A stretch of DNA of 64,000 nucleotides, from positions 138-64,137 of the forward strand of contig DASRJL010000014.1 of NCBI GenBank assembly GCA_035649495.1, written 5' to 3'. The notes below the pieces were generated by a model, which saw only the letters and a program-made list of their open reading frames with translations, made no database searches and was not told the DNA's origin. The stretch comes from Burkholderiales bacterium (GTDB taxonomy: Bacteria > Pseudomonadota > Gammaproteobacteria > Burkholderiales > SG8-41). Numbering within the stretch: the first letter of the stretch is position 1; every line of letters begins with the position of its first letter. The position numbers were made by a program, and so were the translations under genes. This document shows, piece after piece, positions 37,145 through 46,049 of the stretch.

Positions 37145-37280
37145 CTTCCCCTCCTCCCACGAGGAGGGGTGGCGCGGCGAAGTCCCGCCGGGGTGGTCAA
37201 GTCAGAAGGTTGCACAGTGCACTCGGACCACCCCCGCCCGCGCTGCGGGCACCCCTCCTGTATGAAGGAGGGGATTTTCC
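37145..37280. repeat. composite palindromic element family B, copy 2
   Basis: CCCCTCCT-N6-AGGAGGGG hairpin, TGGCGCGGCGAAG.CCCGCCGGGGTGGTC, a spacer, GACCACCCC.GCCCGCG.TGCGGGCA, then the CCCCTCCTGTATGAAGGAGGGG hairpin. Confidence 0.65.
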
Positions 37281-37290
37281 TTCATCTTCC

Positions 37291-38322
37291 TCAGGACACC
37301 AGGATGTTTGGAGACAGCCCCAGTTGCAGGATCATGCCGAGCTCGTCGCCGAAGTACCAGCTCCGGCTCCACTTGCCGTCCACGAACCGCGCCGTTCCGA
37401 TCTCGGCGACTTCCACGACCTTGCCCGTCGGCGGTATGCCGTACATGCTGACCGTCTGCGTGCCTGCCACCTTGAACCTCATCCACACGCTGTCCTTCTC
37501 CGCGATGAACCCGTCGATGCGGTCGCGCCGGTCCGGGAACGCGCGGGTGACGGTTTCCTCGCGGGCGCCTTTGGCAATCCCGTAATCCCGAAGATGCGGA
37601 AACCCGTTGCGCAGCTGCTTGAAGTCCGGCGCGCGCAGGTCCTTGGGCGGACCCTCGCCCTTCGAACGCGCGACGATCAACCGGTAGCGGTCTTCCTGCG
37701 TCGCGACGGGCCCTGATTGCAGGCGCTTCAGCACCGCGTCGGGGTCCTCGCCGGTATTGGTCACCGGCGGCACGATCAGCTTGCCGTCCTTGCGCTCGGG
37801 CATCCTGGCGCCGATCTGCTTCAGTACGGCGGCCTCGTCCGCCATGAACCAGCCCTCGACGATCCTGCCGTCCGCCACCCGCAATATCGCGATCTCGTGG
37901 GCGTCCACCTTTCTCCCGGTGGGCGGAATGCCGAAGAAGCTGCCCTTGTGCGTCCCGGTCAACCGGAACAGCAGCCCGACCTGGTCGCCTTCCGCGATGA
38001 CTTCTTCGATCACGTCGACGCGATCCGGGAACGAGCCGCGCAGGAACGCGCCATTGCCGGGAAATCCCTGGCCCTCCGCGTTGGCGGCGAGATGATGCAT
38101 CCCGCCGCGCGTCCGCTTGTAGTTCGGCGACAGGACCTCGCGCATCACGACCTCTTCCTCCTTCGTGCCCTGCGCCTTCTTGAAGCGCAGCGCCACCGCC
38201 TTGTTGCGCTCGAGCTGTGTCGCAGATGCCTGTGCCATCGCCGGACTCGCTTCAATGCCGGTTAGTGTCAACGCGCCCGCTCCGAGCGTGCCCTTGAGAA
38301 ATCTGCGCCGTGTGTTCGACAT
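37291..38322 (-). CDS. Tat-exported protein with two SnoaL-like/ester cyclase domains
   Basis: GGAGAGGAGG RBS. Twin-arginine signal TRRRFLKG. Two copies of the (F/Y)GIPPTG(R/K)(K/V)V pattern. Confidence 0.7.
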   Translation of the reverse strand: MSNTRRRFLKGTLGAGALTLTGIEASPAMAQASATQLERNKAVALRFKKAQGTKEEEVVMREVLSPNYKRTRGGMHHLAANAEGQGFPGNGAFLRGSFPDRVDVIEEVIAEGDQVGLLFRLTGTHKGSFFGIPPTGRKVDAHEIAILRVADGRIVEGWFMADEAAVLKQIGARMPERKDGKLIVPPVTNTGEDPDAVLKRLQSGPVATQEDRYRLIVARSKGEGPPKDLRAPDFKQLRNGFPHLRDYGIAKGAREETVTRAFPDRRDRIDGFIAEKDSVWMRFKVAGTQTVSMYGIPPTGKVVEVAEIGTARFVDGKWSRSWYFGDELGMILQLGLSPNILVS

Positions 38323-38347
38323 GCCTCCTCTCCTCCCCAAGTACAGC

Positions 38348-38457
38348 GTGATTGGTGATTCGTGATTGGTGATTGGTCCCGGTACAGCCGACCGGCTTGT
38401 CGCGCAGCGCGCTGCTGAGCCTGAACACCATTCACTAATCTCCAATCACCAATCACG
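38348..38457. repeat. inverted heptamer-array hairpin element (GTGATTG type)
   Basis: GTGATTG GTGATTC GTGATTG GTGATTG ... CAATCAC CAATCAC. Lies in a divergent promoter region. Confidence 0.7.
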
Positions 38458-38507
38458 CAGTTATGTCGGGGTATATCATACAGCCGTCCTGCCGGAGAAA
38501 CGGCCGA

Positions 38508-39518
38508 ATGAAAACCAATAGCACGGACGCCGGTCACTGGTCACCGGTCACTGCTCACGCCTTCGGAGCTGTGGTCGCCGCCTGCCTCGCCATGGTGTCC
38601 TGGCCCGGGTACGCGCAGAACTATCCGGTGAAGCTCGTGCGCCTGATCGTCCCGCTCGCGCCGGGCGGGCCCAGCGACATACTGGCGCGCACCATGGCCC
38701 AGAAGATGACCGAGGGGTTCATGCAGACCGTGCTCGTGGACAACCGCACCGGCGCCGGGGGCACCATCGGCACGGACATCGCCGCGAAATCTCCCGCCGA
38801 CGGTTACACCATATTGCTGATCGCGGTGGCGACCTACACGATCAACGCCAACCTCTACAAAAAGCTGCCTTTCGACCCGCGCAAGGATCTCCTGCCAGTG
38901 TCGGTGCTCGCTGGCGCGCCGTTGATACTCACCGTGCATCCCGCGCTGCCGGTCAAGTCCATGAAGGAGCTGATCGCGCTCGCCAGGGCTCGGCCCAAGG
39001 ATCTCAATTACGGCTCCGGCGGCAGCGGCACCGGACCGCAGATGTACATGGAGCTCCTCAAACTCCGGACCGGCATGAGCGTTACGCACGTCCCGTACAA
39101 GGGAACGGGCCAGGCGATGCCCGATCTCATCGCCGGCCACGTGCAGGTGGCGCTCTTCAACATGATCGCGTCGCTGCCCGCAGTGCAGTCGGGAAAGCTG
39201 AAGGCCATCGCGGTGACGGGCCCGAAGCGCTCCGCTCGCCTGCCCGATACGCCGAGCTTCACGGAAGCCGGGGTCGCGGGCTTCGAGGAATACGGCGGCC
39301 ACATGATCATGGCGCCCGCGGGCGTGCCGGGGGACATCGTCGCGCGGCTGCACAAGGAGTTGATGCGGGTGCTGCAATCGCCCGACGTGAAGAGCCGCCT
39401 CGAGCAGGAGGGCGCCGACATCATCGGCAACACGCCCGAGCAGGCGGCTCAATTAGTCCGCGGCGACATGGACAAGTGGGCGGAGGTGATCAGGAAGACG
39501 GGGATGAAAGTCGAGTGA
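38508..39518 (+). CDS. Bug-family substrate-binding protein
   Basis: GGAGAA RBS. VRLIVPLAPGGPSD and DNRTGAGG motifs. The N-terminal residues GHWSPVTAH are encoded by a heptamer array. Confidence 0.85.
   Translation: MKTNSTDAGHWSPVTAHAFGAVVAACLAMVSWPGYAQNYPVKLVRLIVPLAPGGPSDILARTMAQKMTEGFMQTVLVDNRTGAGGTIGTDIAAKSPADGYTILLIAVATYTINANLYKKLPFDPRKDLLPVSVLAGAPLILTVHPALPVKSMKELIALARARPKDLNYGSGGSGTGPQMYMELLKLRTGMSVTHVPYKGTGQAMPDLIAGHVQVALFNMIASLPAVQSGKLKAIAVTGPKRSARLPDTPSFTEAGVAGFEEYGGHMIMAPAGVPGDIVARLHKELMRVLQSPDVKSRLEQEGADIIGNTPEQAAQLVRGDMDKWAEVIRKTGMKVE
38531..38558. repeat. tandem heptamer array inside the 5' end of a CDS
   Basis: CGGTCAC TGGTCAC CGGTCAC TGCTCAC, within the N-terminal coding region of 38508..39518. 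Confidence 0.65.
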
Positions 39519-39557
39519 CGTGACTCGTGGCCCGTTAGCGAAACATTAGGGGATGTT

Positions 39558-40490
39558 ATGCGAATGCGAATTGCAGTCGCCGACTTCGTGACCAACACAT
39601 GCTTTCCCCTGCTCGCTGCAGAGGAGTTGGGATTTTTCAAGGCCGAAGGTCTGGATGCGCAGGTCGAATTGATTACCCCTGCGACTAAAGCCATTTCCGC
39701 GTTACGTGAAGGCGCCACCGACGCGTATGCGGGTGGTTCTGTCCATTCTGTCCTCAGGTCTTTTCCCTGCTGGAAAGGGGTTAAGCTTATTGCTGCACTC
39801 TCTCAAGGGCTTCCCTGGCTTTTAGTGATGCGTGCCGACCTCCGCGCAGAGCGCGGAGACATGAATGCCCTGAAGGGGCTGCGGATTGGTGCAGACCACG
39901 GACCAGATGCGGCGCTCAAGCAATTGTTGATCGCGTCCGGACTTCACGCTGGGCGTGACAAAGTGCAGATCGTGCCGGTTCCAGGTGCCGGGGAACCCGG
40001 TGTTTCCTTTGGTGTGGCCGCAGCCAAGGCACTTGAGGCAGGACAAATTGATGCCTTCTGGGCTAATGGCATGGCAACTGAGATTGCAATACGGCGTGGC
40101 GTAGGAAAAGTTTTGCTAGATGTGCGACGCGGCGATGGTCCGCCTGCCGCCCGGAATTTCACCTTCAGTGGTCTCGTGACCACCGACGCATTGATCGATC
40201 GAGACCCGGAACGAATCGCAGCCACTGTGCGGGCTATTGTCAGGACCCACAAAGCACTTCGGGCGGATCCAGCACGAGCCGCTGAAGTGGGAAAGCGGCG
40301 GTTTCCCCCCGACGCTGCAGAACTGATTGCCGCAATCATTGAACGGGACTTGCCCTTCTACGATGCTGCCATATCTGAAGAGACCGTAAATGGGCTGAAC
40401 CGTTTCGCTCAATCGGTCGGCTTGCTCGCGGAACCGGTGTCCTACGAGCAGGTAGTCGCTGCTCGCTTCCGCGATTTCTGGCAGCCATGA
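39558..40490 (+). CDS. NMT1/THI5-like (NitT/TauT-type) ABC transporter substrate-binding protein
   Basis: Family-like pattern by eye. Somewhat lower GC than its neighbours. No signal peptide seen. Confidence 0.6.
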   Translation: MRMRIAVADFVTNTCFPLLAAEELGFFKAEGLDAQVELITPATKAISALREGATDAYAGGSVHSVLRSFPCWKGVKLIAALSQGLPWLLVMRADLRAERGDMNALKGLRIGADHGPDAALKQLLIASGLHAGRDKVQIVPVPGAGEPGVSFGVAAAKALEAGQIDAFWANGMATEIAIRRGVGKVLLDVRRGDGPPAARNFTFSGLVTTDALIDRDPERIAATVRAIVRTHKALRADPARAAEVGKRRFPPDAAELIAAIIERDLPFYDAAISEETVNGLNRFAQSVGLLAEPVSYEQVVAARFRDFWQP

Positions 40491-40538
40491 GATCGTGAGA
40501 TAGTTGGAGAGTCCTAGAGGCCAGGAGAGCGATTCACC

Positions 40539-41006
40539 ATGAGCACACTGAGTAAGCGCAGCCTCGTCCTGCTTGTTCTGGGGGTGGTGGTGCTGGCCGT
40601 TGTCGCCTTTGCAGTAATCAAGAGAGACGCAATCGGCGATCTGATCCTGAAGGGCGGAGACACTTCGTTGACCGGCCAGTCCGCGCAAAGCAGTCCGCAA
40701 GCCAGGCTCGCACTGGACTTCCTTTCGGCGCTCCGCGCCTCCGACGTGAAGGCAATGACGGAGCTCACCACGGGCGAGCAGGCAACGCGGATTCAGCAGG
40801 AGGCAACGACGCCCACCCCGGACTTCCAGAACATGAAGGCGATGATGCTTGCCGATCTGCCCGCCGACTCAACGGAGCTGCGCAGCAGGATCAAGAGCGT
40901 TCAGATCCACAAGAATCGTGGCGTGGTCACGTTCGAGACGAAAGCCAATTCCTGGATGGTGATGCTGGAAGAAGCAAACGGGAAATGGAAGGTCTCGGGG
41001 TTCTAG
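40539..41006 (+). CDS. hypothetical membrane-anchored protein
   Basis: N-terminal TM segment (LVLLVLGVVVLAVVAFAVI). The small C-terminal domain may be NTF2-like. Confidence 0.55.
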   Translation: MSTLSKRSLVLLVLGVVVLAVVAFAVIKRDAIGDLILKGGDTSLTGQSAQSSPQARLALDFLSALRASDVKAMTELTTGEQATRIQQEATTPTPDFQNMKAMMLADLPADSTELRSRIKSVQIHKNRGVVTFETKANSWMVMLEEANGKWKVSGF

Positions 41007-41014
41007 AACCCAAG

Positions 41015-42295
41015 CTAGCGCAACGCCCGGTATGCCCACTCCGCGCAGGCGAGCGTTCGGTAATCCGCGCCGTACGGCCCGACGAACTGCGCCCCCATCG
41101 GCAACCCCGCCGGCCCCTTGAACAGCGGCACCGTCACCGCGGGCGTGTGCAGGGCGGTCCACATTTGATTGAAGACCGCGTCGCCCGTCGTCGCGAGCCC
41201 CTGCGGCGCCTCGCCGGGCGCGCTCGGCACGAGCAGCACGTCGAAATCGACGAACGTGACTTCCAGCAGCCGGCGGCATTCGGCAAGCACTTTCTGCGCG
41301 GCGACGAACTCATCGAGCGTGCACGAATCGCCCTTGGGCAGCCTGCTTCTCGCCTTCTCGCTGATCTTCTCCTCGAAGTTGCGACGCTCCCATGCGAGCG
41401 CGCGGCTCACCTCGAAGTCGCCGATCCGGGCCCTGGCGCCGGAGAGCTCGTCGAGCTTCTCCGGCATGGTGACCTCGCGAACGCGCGCGCCCGCCTTCGC
41501 CAGCCGCGCTGCCGCGTCTTCGAGCGCTGCAGCCGTGGACGCCTCGGCCTTCGACCAGTGCGGCGTGCGGTAAAAGCCGATACGCGGCTTGTCGATCGCC
41601 GGGAGCGCGAAGCCCGCCGCGTCCGGACTCGTCATGACGGCGAGGCCCAGCGCAACGTCGGCAACGGTGCGCGCCATGAGGCCGACGGTATCGTAGGACG
41701 CCGAATTGGGCTTCACGCCAGCGGGGTTGATCGCATCGAACGTCGGCTTGAAGCCCACGATGCCGCAGAACGCCGCCGGCCGCAGCACCGATCCGCCGGT
41801 TTGCGTCCCGAGCGCGAGCGGCGACATCCAGTCCGCGACCGCCGCTGCGGACCCGCTCGAGGAGCCGCCCGGCGTATGGGACGTGTTGAGCGGGTTGCGC
41901 GTCTTCCCGGGATGCGACATCGCGAACTCGGCGGTGACCGTTTTGCCCATGATGACCGCGCCCGCGTTCCTGAGCAGTGCCACGCACGCGGCATCGGCGC
42001 GCGGGCGATGCCCGGCGTAGATGGGCGAGCCGTACTCCGTCGGCATGTCGCCGGTGTCGATGATGTCCTTGATCGCGACCGGGATGCCGTGCAGGGGGCT
42101 CCGCGGCGGCTCCGCGTCCCGGGCGCGCGCCTCCGCCAGCACCTGCCGCGGGTCGATGTACGCCCACGCCTGCACGGCTTTCTCGCGTGCTTCGACCCGC
42201 GCAAGACAATCCTCAGCGAGCTGCACCGCGGTGAGCTTCTTTGACGCGATGAGGGTCGCCGCTTCCGCGGCCGAATAGCGATTCGTTTCCTTCAT
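41015..42295 (-). CDS. amidase (amidase signature family)
   Basis: Start at ATG 42295 (MKETNRY...). GGSSSGSAAAV amidase signature sequence. Confidence 0.85.
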   Translation of the reverse strand: MKETNRYSAAEAATLIASKKLTAVQLAEDCLARVEAREKAVQAWAYIDPRQVLAEARARDAEPPRSPLHGIPVAIKDIIDTGDMPTEYGSPIYAGHRPRADAACVALLRNAGAVIMGKTVTAEFAMSHPGKTRNPLNTSHTPGGSSSGSAAAVADWMSPLALGTQTGGSVLRPAAFCGIVGFKPTFDAINPAGVKPNSASYDTVGLMARTVADVALGLAVMTSPDAAGFALPAIDKPRIGFYRTPHWSKAEASTAAALEDAAARLAKAGARVREVTMPEKLDELSGARARIGDFEVSRALAWERRNFEEKISEKARSRLPKGDSCTLDEFVAAQKVLAECRRLLEVTFVDFDVLLVPSAPGEAPQGLATTGDAVFNQMWTALHTPAVTVPLFKGPAGLPMGAQFVGPYGADYRTLACAEWAYRALR

Positions 42296-42398
42296 GCCGT
42301 CTCCTTCAAGGGAAGCTCCTCGCGAAGCTGGATGTGTAACGATACCTTCCACCGTGTATTCTACGAATATTCGCATCAACCGACAGCAGGAGACGCCC

Positions 42399-43784
42399 GT
42401 GACTGGAGCAACCGAAGCAATTGCGTCGTTCACCGTGTCGACGTCACTCTCCGATCTGCCGCCGGGCGCGGTGGACAAGTCGAAGAAGGCCATCGCCGAC
42501 ACGTTCGCCGTGATCCTGGCGGGCGCCGGCAGCGAGGTGGCAGAACCGCTGCACAAGTACGTGAAGGCGGCCGGCGAGTCCGGCGCGAGCCCCATACTCG
42601 GCACCGGCATGACCGCGGGCGCGGAGATGGCGGCGCTCGTCAACGGCACCTTCGGTCACGCTCTCGATTTCGACGACGTGCTCTCCATGATGCCGGCGCA
42701 CCCCAGCGCGGTGATCATTGCCGCGGTGCTGTCGAGCCTGAACGGCAAGCCGATAAGCGGACGAGCGCTGCTCGAAGCCTATGCCGTGGGCGTCGAAGTC
42801 GGCGGGAAACTCGGTGTCGGGATGACGAACGAGCATTACCAGCGCGGTTTCCACGCCACCGGCTCGCTGGCCCTCTTCTCCGCGCTCGCGGCGCTCATCA
42901 AGCTGCACGGGCTCGACCTCGCTACCGCGCAGCAGGCGTTCGGCATCGCCGGGTCGATGGCGAGCGGCCTGCGCCGCAACTTCGGGACGATGACCAAGCC
43001 CCTCCACACCGGGCTCGCCGCCCGCAGCGCCCTCACCGCATTCCGCCTTGCCACTTCCGGCTTCACGGCCGCGCCCGACATATTCGAGTCGAAGGCGGGA
43101 TTCTTTGCGGCGTACGGAACCGCGGCCTCCGACCCTGCCGTCACGGTCAAGGGCCTGGGCCGGCCGTTCGTTGTCGCGGATCCGGGACTCGCGCTCAAGA
43201 AATTTCCCTGCTGCTATGCCTGTCACCGCGGCATGGACGGATTGCTCGAATTGCGCAAACAGCTCGGGTTCGACGCGGGCTCCGTAGAGAAAGCGATCTG
43301 CCGCATGCCCCCCGGCGGCATGCTGGTGCTCACCTACCCGCGGCCGGTGACGGGCCTGGAGGGAAAATTCAGCATGGAGTACTGCATCGCGGCGGGCGTG
43401 CTCGACGGGAAGTACGGGCTCGCGACCTTCACTGACGATGCCGTGCGCCGCCCGGAAATCGCGGCGCTCTATCCTCGTGTAACGGCGGTTGAAGACCCCA
43501 CCTGCCGGGGAGACGATCCCAACTTCGAGAAGAAGAGCTCGGGGAGCCGCGGATTCGTCGAGGTGGAAGTCTTCCTCAAGGATGGACGGAGCGCGAAGAC
43601 GCGCATCGATATTCCGCCTGGCCATCCGCGCCGCGAGCTGTCCTGGGACGACCTGCGCGCCAAGTTCACCGACTGCGCGGAGCTAACGAAAATTCCGCCG
43701 GCGCAAGGACGGCAGGCGTTCGAGCAGCTTGCCGCGCTGGAGAAACTGGACGACGTGCGTCCACTGGTCGCGCTGCTGTCCTGA
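42399..43784 (+). CDS. MmgE/PrpD-family protein
   Basis: GTG 42399 is preceded by AGGAGA. Family-wide pattern (AIADTFAVILAG, HALDFDD). Confidence 0.85.
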   Translation: MTGATEAIASFTVSTSLSDLPPGAVDKSKKAIADTFAVILAGAGSEVAEPLHKYVKAAGESGASPILGTGMTAGAEMAALVNGTFGHALDFDDVLSMMPAHPSAVIIAAVLSSLNGKPISGRALLEAYAVGVEVGGKLGVGMTNEHYQRGFHATGSLALFSALAALIKLHGLDLATAQQAFGIAGSMASGLRRNFGTMTKPLHTGLAARSALTAFRLATSGFTAAPDIFESKAGFFAAYGTAASDPAVTVKGLGRPFVVADPGLALKKFPCCYACHRGMDGLLELRKQLGFDAGSVEKAICRMPPGGMLVLTYPRPVTGLEGKFSMEYCIAAGVLDGKYGLATFTDDAVRRPEIAALYPRVTAVEDPTCRGDDPNFEKKSSGSRGFVEVEVFLKDGRSAKTRIDIPPGHPRRELSWDDLRAKFTDCAELTKIPPAQGRQAFEQLAALEKLDDVRPLVALLS

Positions 43785-43791
43785 AGCAAAC

Positions 43792-43933
43792 CTTCCCCTC
43801 CTACGACGAGGAGGGGTGGCGCGGCGAAGCTCGCCGGGGTGGTCAAGTCGGAAGACACACGTTTTGCTGACAGGTTACTCGACCACCCCGCCCGCGTTGC
43901 GGGCACCCCTCCTATATGAAGGAGGGGATTTCC
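43792..43933. repeat. composite palindromic element family B, copy 3
   Basis: Same module order as 37145..37280, with a different central spacer. Confidence 0.65.
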
Positions 43934-43948
43934 TTACTACTCTGTCTG

Positions 43949-44917
43949 TCAGCCCCCGCGCGGGATGTTCGCTTCGCCTATCACGCGCCGCCACTTCTGG
44001 ACCGCGGCCTTGTTGACGTCGTAGAACTGCCGCGGCGGGCCGCCGCCCGCGTCGAGCCCTTCCGCTCCCATCTGGCGCACCATTTCCGGCGAGCGCATTA
44101 TCCTGGCGACTTCCCTGTTCCAGAGCGCGACGATGGCCGCGGGGGTCCCCTTCGGGGCCCACATGCCGTACCAGTGCAGCACGTCGAACCCCGGCAACAC
44201 GTCGGCAATGGGCGGCACGTCCGGCAGCATGGAAAAGCGTTTGGCCGTGGTAACACCCAGCGCCCGCAGGCGACCGGCCTTGAGGTGAGGCACGATCGGC
44301 ACGGCAGCGATGGCGGTGACCTGCACCTCACCGGCAATGGTGGCCGCCAGCGCCGGACCTGCCCCCTTGTACGGCACGTGAACGATGTGCGTCTTGCTGT
44401 CGAGCTTGAAGAGCTCCATCAGCAAGTGTCCCTGGCTGCCGGGGCCTACCGATCCGTAGTTCAACTTGCCCGCATTGGCCCGGGCGTGGGCAATGAACTC
44501 GCTCGTGGTCTTCGCCGGGACCGAGGGATGCACGGCGAGGACGATACCCGTCGTGCCGATCAGGATGATGGGATCGATCCCGTCTATCGGGTCGAAAGTC
44601 GGTTTTCCGTACGCGCAGGACGCTGCGTAACTCGCCGAAACCAGGGTGACCGTGTAGCCATCGCGCTCCGCGTGGGCAACGAGCTCCGCGCCCAGCAGGC
44701 CGCCGGCGCCGGGGCGGTTGTCCACGATCACCGGCTGCCGCAGGACTTCGGTCATGGGCACGGCAATCACGCGCGACAGAATGTCGGTGCCGCCGCCCGG
44801 CGGAAACGGCGCCACCAGCCGCACCGGCCTGACCGGATACTGTTGCGCCGCCGGCGCCGGCAACCCCGCCGCGGCCCCCAGCACGCAGAGTCCCGCGGCA
44901 ATCAGCAGCCTTCTCAT
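43949..44917 (-). CDS. Bug-family substrate-binding protein
   Basis: VRLVAPFPPGGGTD and DNRPGAGG motifs. Close paralogue of the next gene. Confidence 0.9.
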   Translation of the reverse strand: MRRLLIAAGLCVLGAAAGLPAPAAQQYPVRPVRLVAPFPPGGGTDILSRVIAVPMTEVLRQPVIVDNRPGAGGLLGAELVAHAERDGYTVTLVSASYAASCAYGKPTFDPIDGIDPIILIGTTGIVLAVHPSVPAKTTSEFIAHARANAGKLNYGSVGPGSQGHLLMELFKLDSKTHIVHVPYKGAGPALAATIAGEVQVTAIAAVPIVPHLKAGRLRALGVTTAKRFSMLPDVPPIADVLPGFDVLHWYGMWAPKGTPAAIVALWNREVARIMRSPEMVRQMGAEGLDAGGGPPRQFYDVNKAAVQKWRRVIGEANIPRGG

Positions 44918-44931
44918 TACTTGCGTCCGCT

Positions 44932-45894
44932 CTAGCCTGTCCGCGGAATCTTCGCGTCGCGGATCACGCGCCGCAACTTCTCCACAGCGGGCTTGATCAC
45001 GTCGTACAGCTGCTGCGGGGGACCGCCGCCGGCTTCGAGTCCCTCGGTTCCCATCTGCTTTATCATCTGCTCGGAATTCAGCTCCCGCGCCACTTCCTTG
45101 TTCCAGAGCGTGACGATGGCCTTGGGCATGCCCTTGGGCCCCCAGATGCCGTACCAGTGCGTGACTTCGAAGCCTGGCACCGATTCGCTGATGGTCGGGA
45201 GATCAGGCAGCAGGCTCGAACGCTTCGGCGTCGAAATCGCCAGGGGACGCAGCCGCCCCGCCTTGATGTGAGGCATGCTCGGGACCTGGCTTATGGCGGT
45301 CATCTGCACCTCGTTCGTGATAACCGCCGTCAATGCCGGGCCGCCGCCCTTGTAGGGGACGTGGACGATATTGGTGCCCGTCTCCAGCTTGAACATCTCG
45401 AGCATGAGGTGCACGATGCTGCCCGGACCGACCGAGGAGTAGTTGAGCTTGCCCGGCACCGTCTTCGCGTATGCGATCAGCTCCTTCACGCTCTTCACCG
45501 GGATCGAGGGATGTACCGACATGACGAGCCCGGTGGTGCCGATGAGGATGATGGGCTGTATGCCGTCCACCGGGTCGTACGTGGGATTCCCGTAGGCGGA
45601 GGTCGCCGCATAGCTGCTCGATACGATGCAGAGCGTGTAGCCGTCGGGCGCCGAATGCGCGACGATCTCCGCGCCCACGACGCCGCCGGCGCCGGGCCGG
45701 TTGTCCACGATCACCGGCTGCCCCAGCCTCTCGCCGATCGGCACCGCGATCACCCGCGACAGAATGTCCGTGCCGCCGCCGGGCGGGAACGGCGCGATCA
45801 TGCGAACCGGCCTGGTCGGATACTTTTCGGCTGCCGCTACGGGCGGCGCGGCAAGTACAGCGATGCCGGCAGCAAGCAGCAATACCGATCTCAT
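44932..45894 (-). CDS. Bug-family substrate-binding protein
   Basis: VRMIAPFPPGGGTD and DNRPGAGG motifs. Tandem paralogue of 43949..44917. Confidence 0.9.
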   Translation of the reverse strand: MRSVLLLAAGIAVLAAPPVAAAEKYPTRPVRMIAPFPPGGGTDILSRVIAVPIGERLGQPVIVDNRPGAGGVVGAEIVAHSAPDGYTLCIVSSSYAATSAYGNPTYDPVDGIQPIILIGTTGLVMSVHPSIPVKSVKELIAYAKTVPGKLNYSSVGPGSIVHLMLEMFKLETGTNIVHVPYKGGGPALTAVITNEVQMTAISQVPSMPHIKAGRLRPLAISTPKRSSLLPDLPTISESVPGFEVTHWYGIWGPKGMPKAIVTLWNKEVARELNSEQMIKQMGTEGLEAGGGPPQQLYDVIKPAVEKLRRVIRDAKIPRTG

Positions 45895-46049
45895 GCGTTC
45901 CTCCTCGCAACGATCTCTCGAAACTTGCGGCGATCGCTCCGGGGCAACGACTTCTTCGAGCCTCTATCCGCGGGAGGGTGCGCCTGCGGACAGTTTATTC
46001 CTCACTGCGGTGCAGGAAAAGGGGCGGACCGGCCATGGCCGCGCTGCGT

